Positions 11,682-22,032 are shown, counted from the stretch's first letter. The stretch: 64,000 nt of DNA from Bacteroidales bacterium (GCA_041737175.1 JBGSSF010000023.1:145888-209887), one strand, 5' to 3'. Program-made: numbers and translations. Notes: generated by a model from the sequence alone, not told the origin.

Positions 11682-12764
11682 TCAATTAAAAGGTACCCAA
11701 AATTCAGGAGGAAAGGGCAACGTTGAACCATCCCCGACGTCCTCGGGGAATGACTCCAGGTCCCTGGACTTGTATACTTCCGGGTCCTTCCAGGCAAACG
11801 CTTTGTATACCGTTGTTATAGCCGATGCTTCAAAAACACCTATCACTTCCTTTTCCGGATCAGTAATGCATTGAACCGTGCTTTCTACCTGTGACGGAAT
11901 GGGCGCAAACATCTGATCGTTGGAACCCAGTTGCTTGGCAATGGAATTGTAATAACCATAAACTTTTGCAGAGATTGAATACACTTTGAAGGTAAGCACC
12001 CAGCCTTCCGGATAAGGTGCTGTGGCAATATCGGTTTCAAGCAGTGGATTGTAGTCATAGTGTAAAAATCCCACCGGCTGTTCCCGGAGAACCTGTTTGC
12101 CGTTGTATTCAACCGTCTGATTTGCATTGTAAAAGTTTCCAAGGGTACCAGACTTCCATTCAAATACGGTTTTTGTCATCAGGGTGCGGGGATACAGGTC
12201 GTAAGTTATCTCTTTCACAAATCTTGTACTGAACCGGTAGCATTTAACCGAATCGGCTTCTTCGCTTAGGTCAGCCAGGATGAAAAGTCCTTCCTGGAAC
12301 TCTGACAAGGGTTCATTGCTGCCGCTATAGGTTAATATTTCGCGGGTTCCCGGATCAGCATAGATACTGTCAACAACAGGATAACCCGGCAACAGCTCGG
12401 GCGAGGATATATATTCATTTCCGTCGGGCAACCGCACATACAGGGTATAAGTTCGTCCGGGCTCACCGGTGAACTCACTTGAAAAAGAGGTATATAAACC
12501 ATTACCAGTTTCTTCAAGTGTTACCATGTTGCCCAGGTCATCTGTAACACGAATCTCCGCACCGCTGATGTATTCCGTGAGATTATCGTCGTATCTGAGC
12601 GCCCAGGACAGTTTTACTGAAGGTACTTCATCATTGTGAATCATTCCCTGGATAACCGGAATCCGCTCAGATGATTTGATATCCTCGGGATAATACACTT
12701 CTTTACAGGACCAGCAAATTATTAAGAGTGCAAAACCGATGATATATGTTGCGTAATTATTCAT
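11682..12764 (-). CDS. DUF4249-like lipoprotein (usual partner of this TBDR class)
   Basis: The track ORF is 11682..12821. The preferred start is M20 (MNNYATYIIGFALLIICWSC, lipoprotein signal ending in Cys) at 12764. Size and position immediately after a TonB-dependent receptor fit DUF4249. The assignment is from memory of the family and was not searched. Confidence 0.6.
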   Translation of the reverse strand: MNNYATYIIGFALLIICWSCKEVYYPEDIKSSERIPVIQGMIHNDEVPSVKLSWALRYDDNLTEYISGAEIRVTDDLGNMVTLEETGNGLYTSFSSEFTGEPGRTYTLYVRLPDGNEYISSPELLPGYPVVDSIYADPGTREILTYSGSNEPLSEFQEGLFILADLSEEADSVKCYRFSTRFVKEITYDLYPRTLMTKTVFEWKSGTLGNFYNANQTVEYNGKQVLREQPVGFLHYDYNPLLETDIATAPYPEGWVLTFKVYSISAKVYGYYNSIAKQLGSNDQMFAPIPSQVESTVQCITDPEKEVIGVFEASAITTVYKAFAWKDPEVYKSRDLESFPEDVGDGSTLPFPPEFWVPFN

Positions 12765-12777
12765 AAATCCGGTCCGT

Positions 12778-15441
12778 TTAAAAAATAAACAAATAAGAGA
12801 CCGTTGGCAAAGGCCTGCCAATCAGGTAAAGTTTATACAGACTAAAACGGTTATAGTCATTCAGTTCACTTGGATCTTCCTTTTTATAATATACGGTATA
12901 AGCATTTCTTCTGCCATAAACGTTGAGGATCGAGAAGCTCCAGCGGCCTTTCCATTTCTTTTTTATTTTCAGGCTTTCATCGAATGAGAGCGTAAAATCA
13001 AGCCGGTGATAAGGGGGAATGCGGTATTGGTTTCTATCTGAAAAGAAAACCACCACCTCGTCATCCGTAAAATATTTGTATTCAGGCAAAGTAATCGGCC
13101 GGCCTGAGGAATAGGTAAAGTTCGCCGACAACTGCAGCCGTTTGTTCAGATGCAGATTGGATACAACAGTAACATCATGAGGCCGGTCATAAGAGGAGGG
13201 AAACCAGCTATTCTCATTGATCATTTCCTCTGTGCTTACACCTGAAGTCCTCCGGAGCGACCTTGCATAGGTATAACTGATCCACCCATCGATTTTACCA
13301 CTGTTCTTTTTGAGAAGAAATTCCACTCCGTAGTTCCTGCCGGCAGCATCGATAAGCTCATTCCTCAGTTCGGGGTTCATTTCAAGGTTCGCGCCATCTT
13401 TGTACTCAATCACGTGATTTAGACCTTTATAATAGACCTCTACTGAGGTTTCGATGCTGTTATTCAAGAAGTTACGATAATACCCGAGCGCAAACTGGTT
13501 TGCTTCCAGGGGCCTGATGTAGGCATCCGAAAGTTTCCAGATATCTGACGGCGTTGATACCGAAGAATAGGATATCATGGACAGGTACTGAAAATTCCTG
13601 TTGTAACTAACTTTGACAGAACTGAAATCATTGAGCCGTAATTTTGCAGACAGGCGGGGTTCAAATCCAAACTCCTTTGGGGCATCGGGATTGCTGTATC
13701 CGGAAACCCGGATACCGGTATTGAGGGCTATATTTGAACTGAGGTTATATTCGTCATTGATGAAAATTGCTCCCTCATAAGCTTCTTCCGATTCAAGTTC
13801 TGAAGACAGAACCATGGAATAGTTATTCAAGGGTTCCTGCTCTCCCGGCATGATATCATATTTTACCAATGAAAATCCGGCATCCAGCGTATGACGATTT
13901 ATTCCTCCGAATTTAACGCGGTACTTCAGACCTTTGTAAGTGATTTCCGATTCAGTGCGGCTTTGCATAAGTTTGGTACTGATGTCTTCCTTTTCCACAT
14001 TGTATTTGCTATACGATATGGAAAGGTATGAACCCAGGTTCGAACTGATCGGGTAGCTCCAGTTGAGTGATCCCAGAGTGCTTCCGTATTTGTATTTCAC
14101 TTCGGAAGCGAATTTGAACTCATCAAAACTGGTATATCCCGATATGGATATCCGTCCTTTGGGAAGCAGAACGTGCAGCGAACCGTTCAGATCATAGAAT
14201 GTAGCCAGGCTGTTCCTCAGGTTATAATCCTTCATTCTTTGAAGCATCCAGTTGGAATAACTGGTGCGTCCTCCTACATCAAAAAAAACCTTGTCTTTAT
14301 AAAGGGGCACCTCAGCCATCAGCTTGCCATCATAGAGTCCAATTCCGCCCTGGATTCTGATCCTGTCGGGTGCTGATTCACTGGTACGTATATCAATCAC
14401 GGATGACACTCTTTCACCGTGTAAAGCCGGAATGTGACCTTTGTAAAGGGAAAGCTTATCAACGGCATCGGGATTGATAACAGAGAATAACCCGAATACG
14501 TGTGAGGTATTGAAAAGGGGAGCCCCGTTGAAGAGATACAGGTTCTGATCTTCTCCTCCACCCCTGACATTGATACCCGAACTGAACTCACCGATTGATT
14601 TAACTCCGGGCATGGTGGTCAATCCTTTCAGAATGTCCTTACCTCCGGCAACCGAAGGCAGTTGCTTAATGCTTCGGTTGTTGAGTTCAACAAGGCTCAT
14701 CTGATAGCTGCTTATGTTTTTATCCACCCTCTCACCATAGATCACAACATCATCCAGTGCTATGGATTTATCGAACAATTCCATGTCAAGCACCCCGTTG
14801 CCTACTATTTTTACCAGGTAGTAATTCTTTTCGAATCCGACGCTGGAAACCATTAGCGTATACAAACCGGGTGCGATGGTCAGTTTATATCTGCCCTCGG
14901 CATTTGATACAACACCCTGTTGAAGATTATTGACCTGTATTACAGCACCAATGACAGGATCATCTGTCTTCCCATCCTTTATTTGTCCATTTAAAACTAC
15001 AGTCTTCTGCTTCCCAAAATCTTCCATGTTACCAACCAGGATGAAAGCCTGATCAGAAACATCATTATCGCTGTAATTCTGTATGCGTCCGGCCAGCATG
15101 GCGACCTCCTCCCGGGGAAGAATTACGATCTGATTCCCCTGGATAATTCTATAGGTGAAAGGTCTGCCATTAAGAAGTATCCGGGTGGCATCGTCAATCA
15201 GCAGATTCTCAATTTTCACTTTGGCAGTATCACGTGCAAACCATTCCTCTTTATAGTAAAACCTGAGTGGGTAATTCGTTTCAAGGTAGTTGAAAGCCGA
15301 AATCAACGGAATTCCCATAAAATTGCCGTTAACGATGATATCCGTATCCTGTGAGCAAGCTAACTGCCTGAAAAACATCAACAAGATAAAAAAAATGCTT
15401 AAGCGTAAACGTAAATTAAACATGAAAGGCTCTGTTATCAA
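12778..15441 (-). CDS. TonB-dependent receptor with N-terminal STN-like domain, carboxypeptidase-regulatory-like domain, Plug and barrel
   Basis: 887 aa. The STN-like segment is FMGIPLISAFNYLETNYPLRFYY...IVILP. The CarboxypepD_reg segment is LNGQIKDGKTDDPVIGAVIQV...GRYKLTIAPGLYTLMVSSVGF. The Plug segment is GINVRGGGEDQNLYLFNGAPL. The C-terminus ends in an aromatic residue (YLFIF). Confidence 0.85.
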   Translation of the reverse strand: MITEPFMFNLRLRLSIFFILLMFFRQLACSQDTDIIVNGNFMGIPLISAFNYLETNYPLRFYYKEEWFARDTAKVKIENLLIDDATRILLNGRPFTYRIIQGNQIVILPREEVAMLAGRIQNYSDNDVSDQAFILVGNMEDFGKQKTVVLNGQIKDGKTDDPVIGAVIQVNNLQQGVVSNAEGRYKLTIAPGLYTLMVSSVGFEKNYYLVKIVGNGVLDMELFDKSIALDDVVIYGERVDKNISSYQMSLVELNNRSIKQLPSVAGGKDILKGLTTMPGVKSIGEFSSGINVRGGGEDQNLYLFNGAPLFNTSHVFGLFSVINPDAVDKLSLYKGHIPALHGERVSSVIDIRTSESAPDRIRIQGGIGLYDGKLMAEVPLYKDKVFFDVGGRTSYSNWMLQRMKDYNLRNSLATFYDLNGSLHVLLPKGRISISGYTSFDEFKFASEVKYKYGSTLGSLNWSYPISSNLGSYLSISYSKYNVEKEDISTKLMQSRTESEITYKGLKYRVKFGGINRHTLDAGFSLVKYDIMPGEQEPLNNYSMVLSSELESEEAYEGAIFINDEYNLSSNIALNTGIRVSGYSNPDAPKEFGFEPRLSAKLRLNDFSSVKVSYNRNFQYLSMISYSSVSTPSDIWKLSDAYIRPLEANQFALGYYRNFLNNSIETSVEVYYKGLNHVIEYKDGANLEMNPELRNELIDAAGRNYGVEFLLKKNSGKIDGWISYTYARSLRRTSGVSTEEMINENSWFPSSYDRPHDVTVVSNLHLNKRLQLSANFTYSSGRPITLPEYKYFTDDEVVVFFSDRNQYRIPPYHRLDFTLSFDESLKIKKKWKGRWSFSILNVYGRRNAYTVYYKKEDPSELNDYNRFSLYKLYLIGRPLPTVSYLFIF

Positions 15442-15613
15442 TAAATTGAGAAGATATTCCTGTACGACATCTCCTAATCAGACCAAAAGTAGACAATAAT
15501 GCCTGAGACCAAAATAAAATCGACTAATGGGTCAATTGTATCGACAAAAAGCCGCTTGGTTCATTTTCCCTTTAAGCATCCCATGCCGCAGGTGTAATTA
15601 AAACCTTTCAGGA

Positions 15614-17827
15614 TCAGGATTTTGCCGAAAGGCCAATATAGTCAATCATAAGGGGAATATCAATCGGTTTGACGCCATATCCCGAAAGATATTTACTGTC
15701 ATCGTGAAGCACTTTGGAAAACCATTCGATATCCATGCCGGATGCCTTCAGGCTCAGCCTGTAGTTCTCAATGGCTTTTTGCTTTTGATCCTGGCACCAG
15801 TAAAGGTGACCCAGGTTCATATAATCATTTTTGCTGGCATCGAGAAGAATCGATTTTTCAAGATATTTCACAGCTGTATCGAACTTGCCCAGCATAAATG
15901 AACACCATGCTATGGGCCGGTAAACTTTGTGATTACCGGGTTGGAGATATTCCACCTTGAAATAATACTTCAAAGCTTTATCAAAATTACCGGTTTCGAG
16001 ATAAACATGTCCCAGGAACGCCTGTACCTGAAGATCTTCGGGTTTAAGTTTTTCGGCCTCGAGGTAATATTCAACGGCCCTTTCATAATCACCATTTTTA
16101 TGGTAACACCAGGCTATACGGTTTATCAGCCAGAGCCGGTTTTTATCAAGCAGCTCAGCCTTGTGGTAATGGGCGAGTGCCTCGTCAAATTCCTCTAGTT
16201 GCTGATAACAATAGGCTATTTTCTCATAGAGTTCATGATTGTTTTTATTGTCTTCAATCTGTTTGAATATGATCAGGGCTTCCCTGTAATAATTCTTTGC
16301 GAAGAAAAATTCACCGATATTCTGCAATATGCTTACATCATCAATCCATTGCCGGAAAAACTCGGATTCATAAATGGCCAGCGGAAGCTTAAAGACATCA
16401 TCAAATTCACCCCTGAGTGGATGAAGCTTGTAAAATCTGTACAGATCATGAAAATACTGGGTTATGATAATCCGGGTTTGTGCATCTGAATTGATCAGTT
16501 CATCGTCAAGCGCCATTTCGTTCATGGCCTTCAGTTCCATGTTAAACAATTCCATCACGGTGGATTTCTGAAAAGCAGGCATATGCCTGATGTTCAAACA
16601 AAATGAATATTTATCGGAATTGCACAAAAAGTTGCTCCGCTCAATGCCTTCACCGAATTGCTTCAGGTTGATCCCTTCACTTATACCGTCAAAGGAGGCT
16701 GCTATGAACTCATTTTCCTTGTAGAAAGGCAAAAACCAGTTATTAAATTCATTGAAAAAATCGAACTGCTTCAACATGGCAAAAGCGCCCAAAAAAACAT
16801 CAGCCCCTTCCATTTGCAAATTGGTGAATTCCTCAAGCTTATTATAAACATCCGGTGATTCCTTGAAAAACGTTTCCCATTCTGGATTTTTATCTTCAGG
16901 ATTCATGGATGAAAGCAGATTCTCCAGATCGAGCTTTTCCTCGAGTTTCGATTTTATCCGTATCATTTCAGGCAGGATCTCCTGCTGAATTTTCCTGGTT
17001 ATCCTTTCGGTTTCACGGGCCTTGATATACTGCTGAATAATGATCTCAATGGTTTTGTTGACCTGTTTCACTCCCTGTATAGCCTTCAGCCGCTGCAGGA
17101 TTTCAGGATAGTAAACGATCCTGCGGTCATAAAATGCAAGTCCGAGCACCAGGCTGACAAGTGCCCTTTCCCAGACTTGTTTTTCACCGCTTTCATAAAA
17201 GTCAAACAACAACTTGATCTTGTTACTGTCAAAATGGCGTATTAATGACAGGTTCAGGGCACTCACAAGAATACATTTGTCATGCCAGGCAATTGCATCG
17301 GTTTTGCTGATGCGTGACACGAGCTGTATCTCGGTATCCCTCAGTTTATCGGCATGCCAGAGTATTCTGAATAATGCCCTGATATTTTCCTTGTAGTCGG
17401 GTGAAGCATAAATCCGCTGAGAATCAGCTTCACTGTCAGATTCTTTCTGCAGGGACACCTGGTCAATTAATCGTGTGAGGTCTGTTAACACCTGATCACA
17501 GAGGGTCTCGGGAACAATTTTAAGTTGGTAATAATTCAGCAGGTTGTTTGAACGTATAATATCTTCCTTTACATCTTCTGCCAGTCCGATTATGGCCTTT
17601 GTCAGGCGGTTGTACACTTTCTCCTTCTGTGGATCTTCGTTCAGTTCGAACGCGTATTTCAACATGTTCAGATAGGTATCTGCATGTTCATCCAGCTGGG
17701 CTCTTAGATCCCTGTTCCGGCAATGGTTACAAAGGATACCCAGGGTGTCAAGAGCATCCTTGATCCGGTTTTTTGAAATGAAATCGAATACTTTAGTATA
17801 TTTTGTTTGAAGTTCCTTATAATTCAT
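15614..17827 (-). CDS. Tetratricopeptide-repeat protein with a ~500-aa unrecognised N-terminal region and C-terminal TPR array
   Basis: 737 aa. The C-terminal third has clear TPR periodicity (AYCYQQLEEFDEALAHYHKAELLD..., GDYERAVEYYLEAEKLKP..., GNFDKALKYYFKVEYLQP). No signal peptide is visible. Confidence 0.75.
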   Translation of the reverse strand: MNYKELQTKYTKVFDFISKNRIKDALDTLGILCNHCRNRDLRAQLDEHADTYLNMLKYAFELNEDPQKEKVYNRLTKAIIGLAEDVKEDIIRSNNLLNYYQLKIVPETLCDQVLTDLTRLIDQVSLQKESDSEADSQRIYASPDYKENIRALFRILWHADKLRDTEIQLVSRISKTDAIAWHDKCILVSALNLSLIRHFDSNKIKLLFDFYESGEKQVWERALVSLVLGLAFYDRRIVYYPEILQRLKAIQGVKQVNKTIEIIIQQYIKARETERITRKIQQEILPEMIRIKSKLEEKLDLENLLSSMNPEDKNPEWETFFKESPDVYNKLEEFTNLQMEGADVFLGAFAMLKQFDFFNEFNNWFLPFYKENEFIAASFDGISEGINLKQFGEGIERSNFLCNSDKYSFCLNIRHMPAFQKSTVMELFNMELKAMNEMALDDELINSDAQTRIIITQYFHDLYRFYKLHPLRGEFDDVFKLPLAIYESEFFRQWIDDVSILQNIGEFFFAKNYYREALIIFKQIEDNKNNHELYEKIAYCYQQLEEFDEALAHYHKAELLDKNRLWLINRIAWCYHKNGDYERAVEYYLEAEKLKPEDLQVQAFLGHVYLETGNFDKALKYYFKVEYLQPGNHKVYRPIAWCSFMLGKFDTAVKYLEKSILLDASKNDYMNLGHLYWCQDQKQKAIENYRLSLKASGMDIEWFSKVLHDDSKYLSGYGVKPIDIPLMIDYIGLSAKS

Positions 17828-17882
17828 TCAAAAAAAATTCATGAAATAATGTTTGAGCAAGATGTATGCCAAAATATTGACA

Positions 17883-17910
17883 ATAGGCTATAGGTTATAG
17901 GCTATAGGCT
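17883..17910. repeat. Heptamer microsatellite (ATAGGCT/ATAGGTT) x4
   Basis: ataggct ataggtt ataggct ataggct, followed by a degenerate gtatact. It lies in the 177-nt gap upstream of the TPR gene start. Confidence 0.9.
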
Positions 17911-17942
17911 GTATACTGCTTATCAATCGATAGTCGGGATGG

Positions 17943-17966
17943 AAAAACCCTGCCTGATGGCAGACA
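17943..17966 (-). terminator. Rho-independent terminator candidate for the DMT transporter gene
   Basis: The minus strand forms a CTGCC-loop-GGCAG hairpin followed by a T-run (AAAAA at 17943-17947 on the plus strand), about 40 nt after the stop at 18005. Confidence 0.45.
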
Positions 17967-18004
17967 GGCTGGCAGCGTATGTTCCATTATCCGGTATTCC
18001 CTGT

Positions 18005-18868
18005 CTATTCTGAGAGCAGGACAATGGCAACAGAGGCAAGTATCAATCCTGTAAGTAAAATTCCGCCCGGAACAACGCCGTATATAATAAGGGAAAGTAT
18101 AACGGTAATAACTGGTGCCAGACCGGTCATAGGTACTACAAGAATTGCCTTTCCGTAACGCAATGCATATACCAGTGTCAAAGCGCCTATAGCATTAAGG
18201 ATCTGAATCATGGCAGCCAGCCAGGGACCTTTAAATCCCCAGTTTATAGGAATCGTAAAATCAGTCATTAACACGGCAACCGGTGTAAGCATGAGAGATG
18301 TTACGGCCATATAAAAATAAATGCTTTCAGCCCGCATGGTATTATTTGAAAATTTCAGCACATAAGCCTGAACAGCCCACATGATAAAAACAAGAATGGC
18401 CAATACAAGCCAGCCGATACCACTTGAACTGACAGTGTTATTCTGCGGATTTGACAAGAAAAACATGGCTACAATGGCAAGCGCGATTCCGATCCATTGA
18501 CGCAGGTGAGTGCGCTCTTTCAGGAAGATAATGGACAGTGCGATCGTAAGCACAGGATAAAGTGAAATTATCGGAAATACGATATAAGCCGGACCTTGCC
18601 GTAAAGCCTGAAACAGGAGGAGCTGTCCTCCTGCGCCAAGAAAACCGGCGGCTGAACCAAGAAATATGGATCGTTTATCATATTCAGGTTTCCAGTTTAG
18701 TTTATACAAGGCAAACAGGGCACACGGAATCATTGTTAAGGCCCATACCACATATCCCATGGTGGACGGGAAACCGGATTTCTCTGGAATTTCAATAAAG
18801 GCGCCCCACACGCCCCAAAAGGCAGTGGTGATCAAGGCATACATCAGCCAAAGACGATTTCCTTTCAT
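18005..18868 (-). CDS. EamA/DMT-superfamily inner-membrane transporter (possible sugar permease)
   Basis: 287 aa, about 10 hydrophobic segments, with the two-half organisation typical of DMT transporters. Substrate unknown. Confidence 0.7.
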   Translation of the reverse strand: MKGNRLWLMYALITTAFWGVWGAFIEIPEKSGFPSTMGYVVWALTMIPCALFALYKLNWKPEYDKRSIFLGSAAGFLGAGGQLLLFQALRQGPAYIVFPIISLYPVLTIALSIIFLKERTHLRQWIGIALAIVAMFFLSNPQNNTVSSSGIGWLVLAILVFIMWAVQAYVLKFSNNTMRAESIYFYMAVTSLMLTPVAVLMTDFTIPINWGFKGPWLAAMIQILNAIGALTLVYALRYGKAILVVPMTGLAPVITVILSLIIYGVVPGGILLTGLILASVAIVLLSE

Positions 18869-18980
18869 ATTGAAAAAATTGGTTTATGTTTCCAGACACA
18901 AATATAATTAATAAGCTTTCATAACTTATTTTAATTTAAAAAAAATATATCAAAAGATAATAATCAAATAAAATAATTTT

Positions 18981-18988
18981 TAATTTTG
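18981..18988 (+). promoter_or_regulatory. Candidate -7 box upstream of the SusC-like gene
   Basis: TAATTTTG matches TAnnTTTG, 78 nt upstream of the ATG at 19066, within a very AT-rich 197-nt gap. Confidence 0.35.
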
Positions 18989-19065
18989 TTTTAGTAATGA
19001 AATGAAAGTTATTTTTTGTCTTTTTGTTTTGTTTTCATGATGCTAAAACTATAACCTATTAATCT

Positions 19066-22032
19066 ATGAAAATGTTTTCTACCGGTTTTAGAAAAGTCTG
19101 GCTGTTCTTAGGCTTAATTACAGCTTACACCTTTGCCTACGGGCAAGTACCTGTTAAAGGAAGGGTTGTATCTGCGGAAGATAACCAGGGACTGCCTGGG
19201 GTAAACGTTTTAATCAAGGGCACAACCCAGGGCGTGGTGACTGGTCTGGACGGATCATACAACATTTCTGTCAGAAATGGCGCAGATGTTCTGGTGTTTA
19301 GTTCAATCGGTTACAACACCGAAGAAATCACAGTGGATAATCAATCTGTTATTGACGTGATTCTCGTTCCCGGGATCACCACGCTTGAAAGCGTTGTGGT
19401 CATGGGATACAGCTCCAAAAAGAGAAACGAGATTACCAGTGCGGTGACCACTGTTTCATCAGATAAGCTGATGGATGTTACATCGAACGACATTGGCACC
19501 ATGCTACAGGGAAAAGTGCCGGGGATCCAGGTCATCAACAGTTCAGGTACTCCGGGTGCTACACCGGATGTCCGCATCAGGGGTGTATCTTCTTTGAATG
19601 CCCCACAGGGTCCTTTGTATGTTGTTGACGGCATAATCGGAGGAAACTTTGATCCCAATGATGTGGAAACCATCACCGTGATGAAAGATGCCGGGGCAAC
19701 TGCCTTGTACGGTTCGCAGGCCAATGGTGGCGTTATTATCGTTACCACAAAAAAGGCAACTTCCGACAAGCCTCAGTTTGACATCAAGGCTGTTTCAGGC
19801 TTGCGCATGGCTGATCATGGTCATGTCAGAATGATGGATAGCAAGACCCTGTACAACTATCACCGGGAGTATTTTCGTGACCCCAACCTGTTTGTCATTG
19901 ATGACAGAAAGTTCATGGCAGCAAGGCCCATATCCATTCTGGATGTGAATACCAATTGGCTGGATGAATCTTTTGGTCCGGCCCTTGTGCAGAACTACTT
20001 CATGTCCTCGGCAGGAAAAGCCGGAAAACTCTCCTATTATATTGGTGCAAGTTATTACGATGAGGAAGGTACCTTTATCAATACCAATTATAAACGCATG
20101 AATGTCCGTGCCAATACCACTTATATGTTTTCCGACCGGGTATCGCTTACCAATAATATTAACCTGAGTGGTTCCAAAACGCGCGGAGCTGATTACATGA
20201 ATATATACTATGCATATACCAGTATGCCGTGGGACAATCCATATGACGAAAATGGGAATCCACGTAGTTTTAAGGAAGCCGAAGGAATCTGGTCGAAAGA
20301 CAAGATCAATCCTATACAGGCTGCCAATAACTCAGAACTGAGCAATGTTGGTTTTAACCTCGACTATGATCTTGACCTCAACATCAAATTGACCAATTGG
20401 TTGACTTTTGCATCAACTAATCGGCTAAGCGCCAATACTTTCATGGATAAACAATATTATTCAGCAGCGGCTGATAACCTGGCCTATTATGGAACCGGTT
20501 ATGTAAATTCAAGAAGTGATATAAATTACGGTGGAATCACAACCAACCTGCTTAAATTCCAATTTCAGGGGGTTGTTCACTCGTTAAGCGGATTGGTCGG
20601 ATTCGAGGCACAGGGCGATAATACGGATTATATCAGGGGTTCAGGAACCGGAATTCCGGAAGGATTGAAAGTACCTTCCGTGGCTTCGGGGCAATATACC
20701 ATTGCAGGGTCCCCCAACCGGTCGGTTATGCAGTCTCTCATATCACAGGTAAATTATATTTACAATAACAAATATTTTCTATCCGGTTCTTTCAGGGTGG
20801 ACCAGTCTTCGTCCTTCGCTGCTGCAAACCGGACTGCCACTTTCCCCAGTCTTTCTGCAGCCTGGAACATCAACAATGAGGATTTCATGCAAAAAATGAC
20901 TTACATCAATAATCTAAGACTCAAAGTAAGTTGGGGGAAAACCGGCATGAAGGATATCGGACCCTATATGTATCTCGAGCAGTTCAGCTACACTACCCAA
21001 TATGACGGAGAATCTGCATCGGTACCATACCAGATGGCAAATCCCGATCTGACATGGGAACAAACCAACCAGTTCAACGTTGGTGTCGAACTTGGCTTGT
21101 TTAAAAGGGTAGATATTGATTTTAACATCTATAAAAACATCACAAACGATCTGTTGGTTTATCGCGATCTGCCCCCATCGGGAGGTTTCAGAAAACAATG
21201 GCAGAATGTCGGGAAAGCAGAGAACAGCGGTGTTGAGCTGGGTCTGAATTCGACCAATATCAAAACGGCTAATTTCACCTGGACCACCGACTTTTCGATC
21301 GGATATAACAAGAACACACTTTCAGGTTTTGGCGGCGATACCATTTACAATGCCAATGCCTATGGAATTGTTCAGATCTATCACGACGGCGGTACTTTGT
21401 ATTCATGGTATGCCAAGGAATACTATGGCATTGACCCCGAAAATGGTTCAATGTTGTGGGTAGGCAGGGATGGCAATCCCACCCATGATTATCAGGAAGC
21501 CAGGAAGATTGAATATGGAAGCCCGATTCCCAAAATTCAGGGAGGTTTTGGAACCGAAATGAAATATAAGGGAATTTCCCTGAGGGCAAACTTCTCCTTC
21601 CTCACCGGTAATAAGATCTACAACTACTTCAGGAGATATGTAGATCATGATTTGCAGGATGTCGGATTCAATGTAATGATGCCCAGGGACGACTGGAAGA
21701 TATGGCAGCAGCCAGGTGACCAGGCAAATCATCCCCTGCCTCAGAATGCCAGTAATTCCTTTGATCCTTCTACACGATTTATCGAAGACGGAAGCTATTT
21801 AAAGATCCGTAACGTTACTCTCACCTATGAGCTTCCGGTTTCGGTAGTGTCCAAACTTAAACTAACCGGCTTATCGGTTTCCATTGGCGCTGATAACCTT
21901 TACACCTTCACCGATTTCTGGGGCCAGGATCCCGAAGTATCCATTAATCCCAACAACGGTTTACCGGGTTATGCAGAATTCAAATATCCCAACAATAAAC
22001 AGTATGTACTTGGCCTCCAGGTGCGATTCTAA
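19066..22032 (+). CDS. SusC/RagA-family TonB-dependent outer-membrane transporter
   Basis: 988 aa. It has a signal peptide, a CarboxypepD_reg segment (VKGRVVSAEDNQGLPGVNVLIKGTTQGVVTGLDGSYNISV), a Plug (IRGVSSLNAPQGPLYVVDG...) and a long barrel ending LGLQVRF. A SusD-like gene follows directly. Confidence 0.93.
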   Translation: MKMFSTGFRKVWLFLGLITAYTFAYGQVPVKGRVVSAEDNQGLPGVNVLIKGTTQGVVTGLDGSYNISVRNGADVLVFSSIGYNTEEITVDNQSVIDVILVPGITTLESVVVMGYSSKKRNEITSAVTTVSSDKLMDVTSNDIGTMLQGKVPGIQVINSSGTPGATPDVRIRGVSSLNAPQGPLYVVDGIIGGNFDPNDVETITVMKDAGATALYGSQANGGVIIVTTKKATSDKPQFDIKAVSGLRMADHGHVRMMDSKTLYNYHREYFRDPNLFVIDDRKFMAARPISILDVNTNWLDESFGPALVQNYFMSSAGKAGKLSYYIGASYYDEEGTFINTNYKRMNVRANTTYMFSDRVSLTNNINLSGSKTRGADYMNIYYAYTSMPWDNPYDENGNPRSFKEAEGIWSKDKINPIQAANNSELSNVGFNLDYDLDLNIKLTNWLTFASTNRLSANTFMDKQYYSAAADNLAYYGTGYVNSRSDINYGGITTNLLKFQFQGVVHSLSGLVGFEAQGDNTDYIRGSGTGIPEGLKVPSVASGQYTIAGSPNRSVMQSLISQVNYIYNNKYFLSGSFRVDQSSSFAAANRTATFPSLSAAWNINNEDFMQKMTYINNLRLKVSWGKTGMKDIGPYMYLEQFSYTTQYDGESASVPYQMANPDLTWEQTNQFNVGVELGLFKRVDIDFNIYKNITNDLLVYRDLPPSGGFRKQWQNVGKAENSGVELGLNSTNIKTANFTWTTDFSIGYNKNTLSGFGGDTIYNANAYGIVQIYHDGGTLYSWYAKEYYGIDPENGSMLWVGRDGNPTHDYQEARKIEYGSPIPKIQGGFGTEMKYKGISLRANFSFLTGNKIYNYFRRYVDHDLQDVGFNVMMPRDDWKIWQQPGDQANHPLPQNASNSFDPSTRFIEDGSYLKIRNVTLTYELPVSVVSKLKLTGLSVSIGADNLYTFTDFWGQDPEVSINPNNGLPGYAEFKYPNNKQYVLGLQVRF

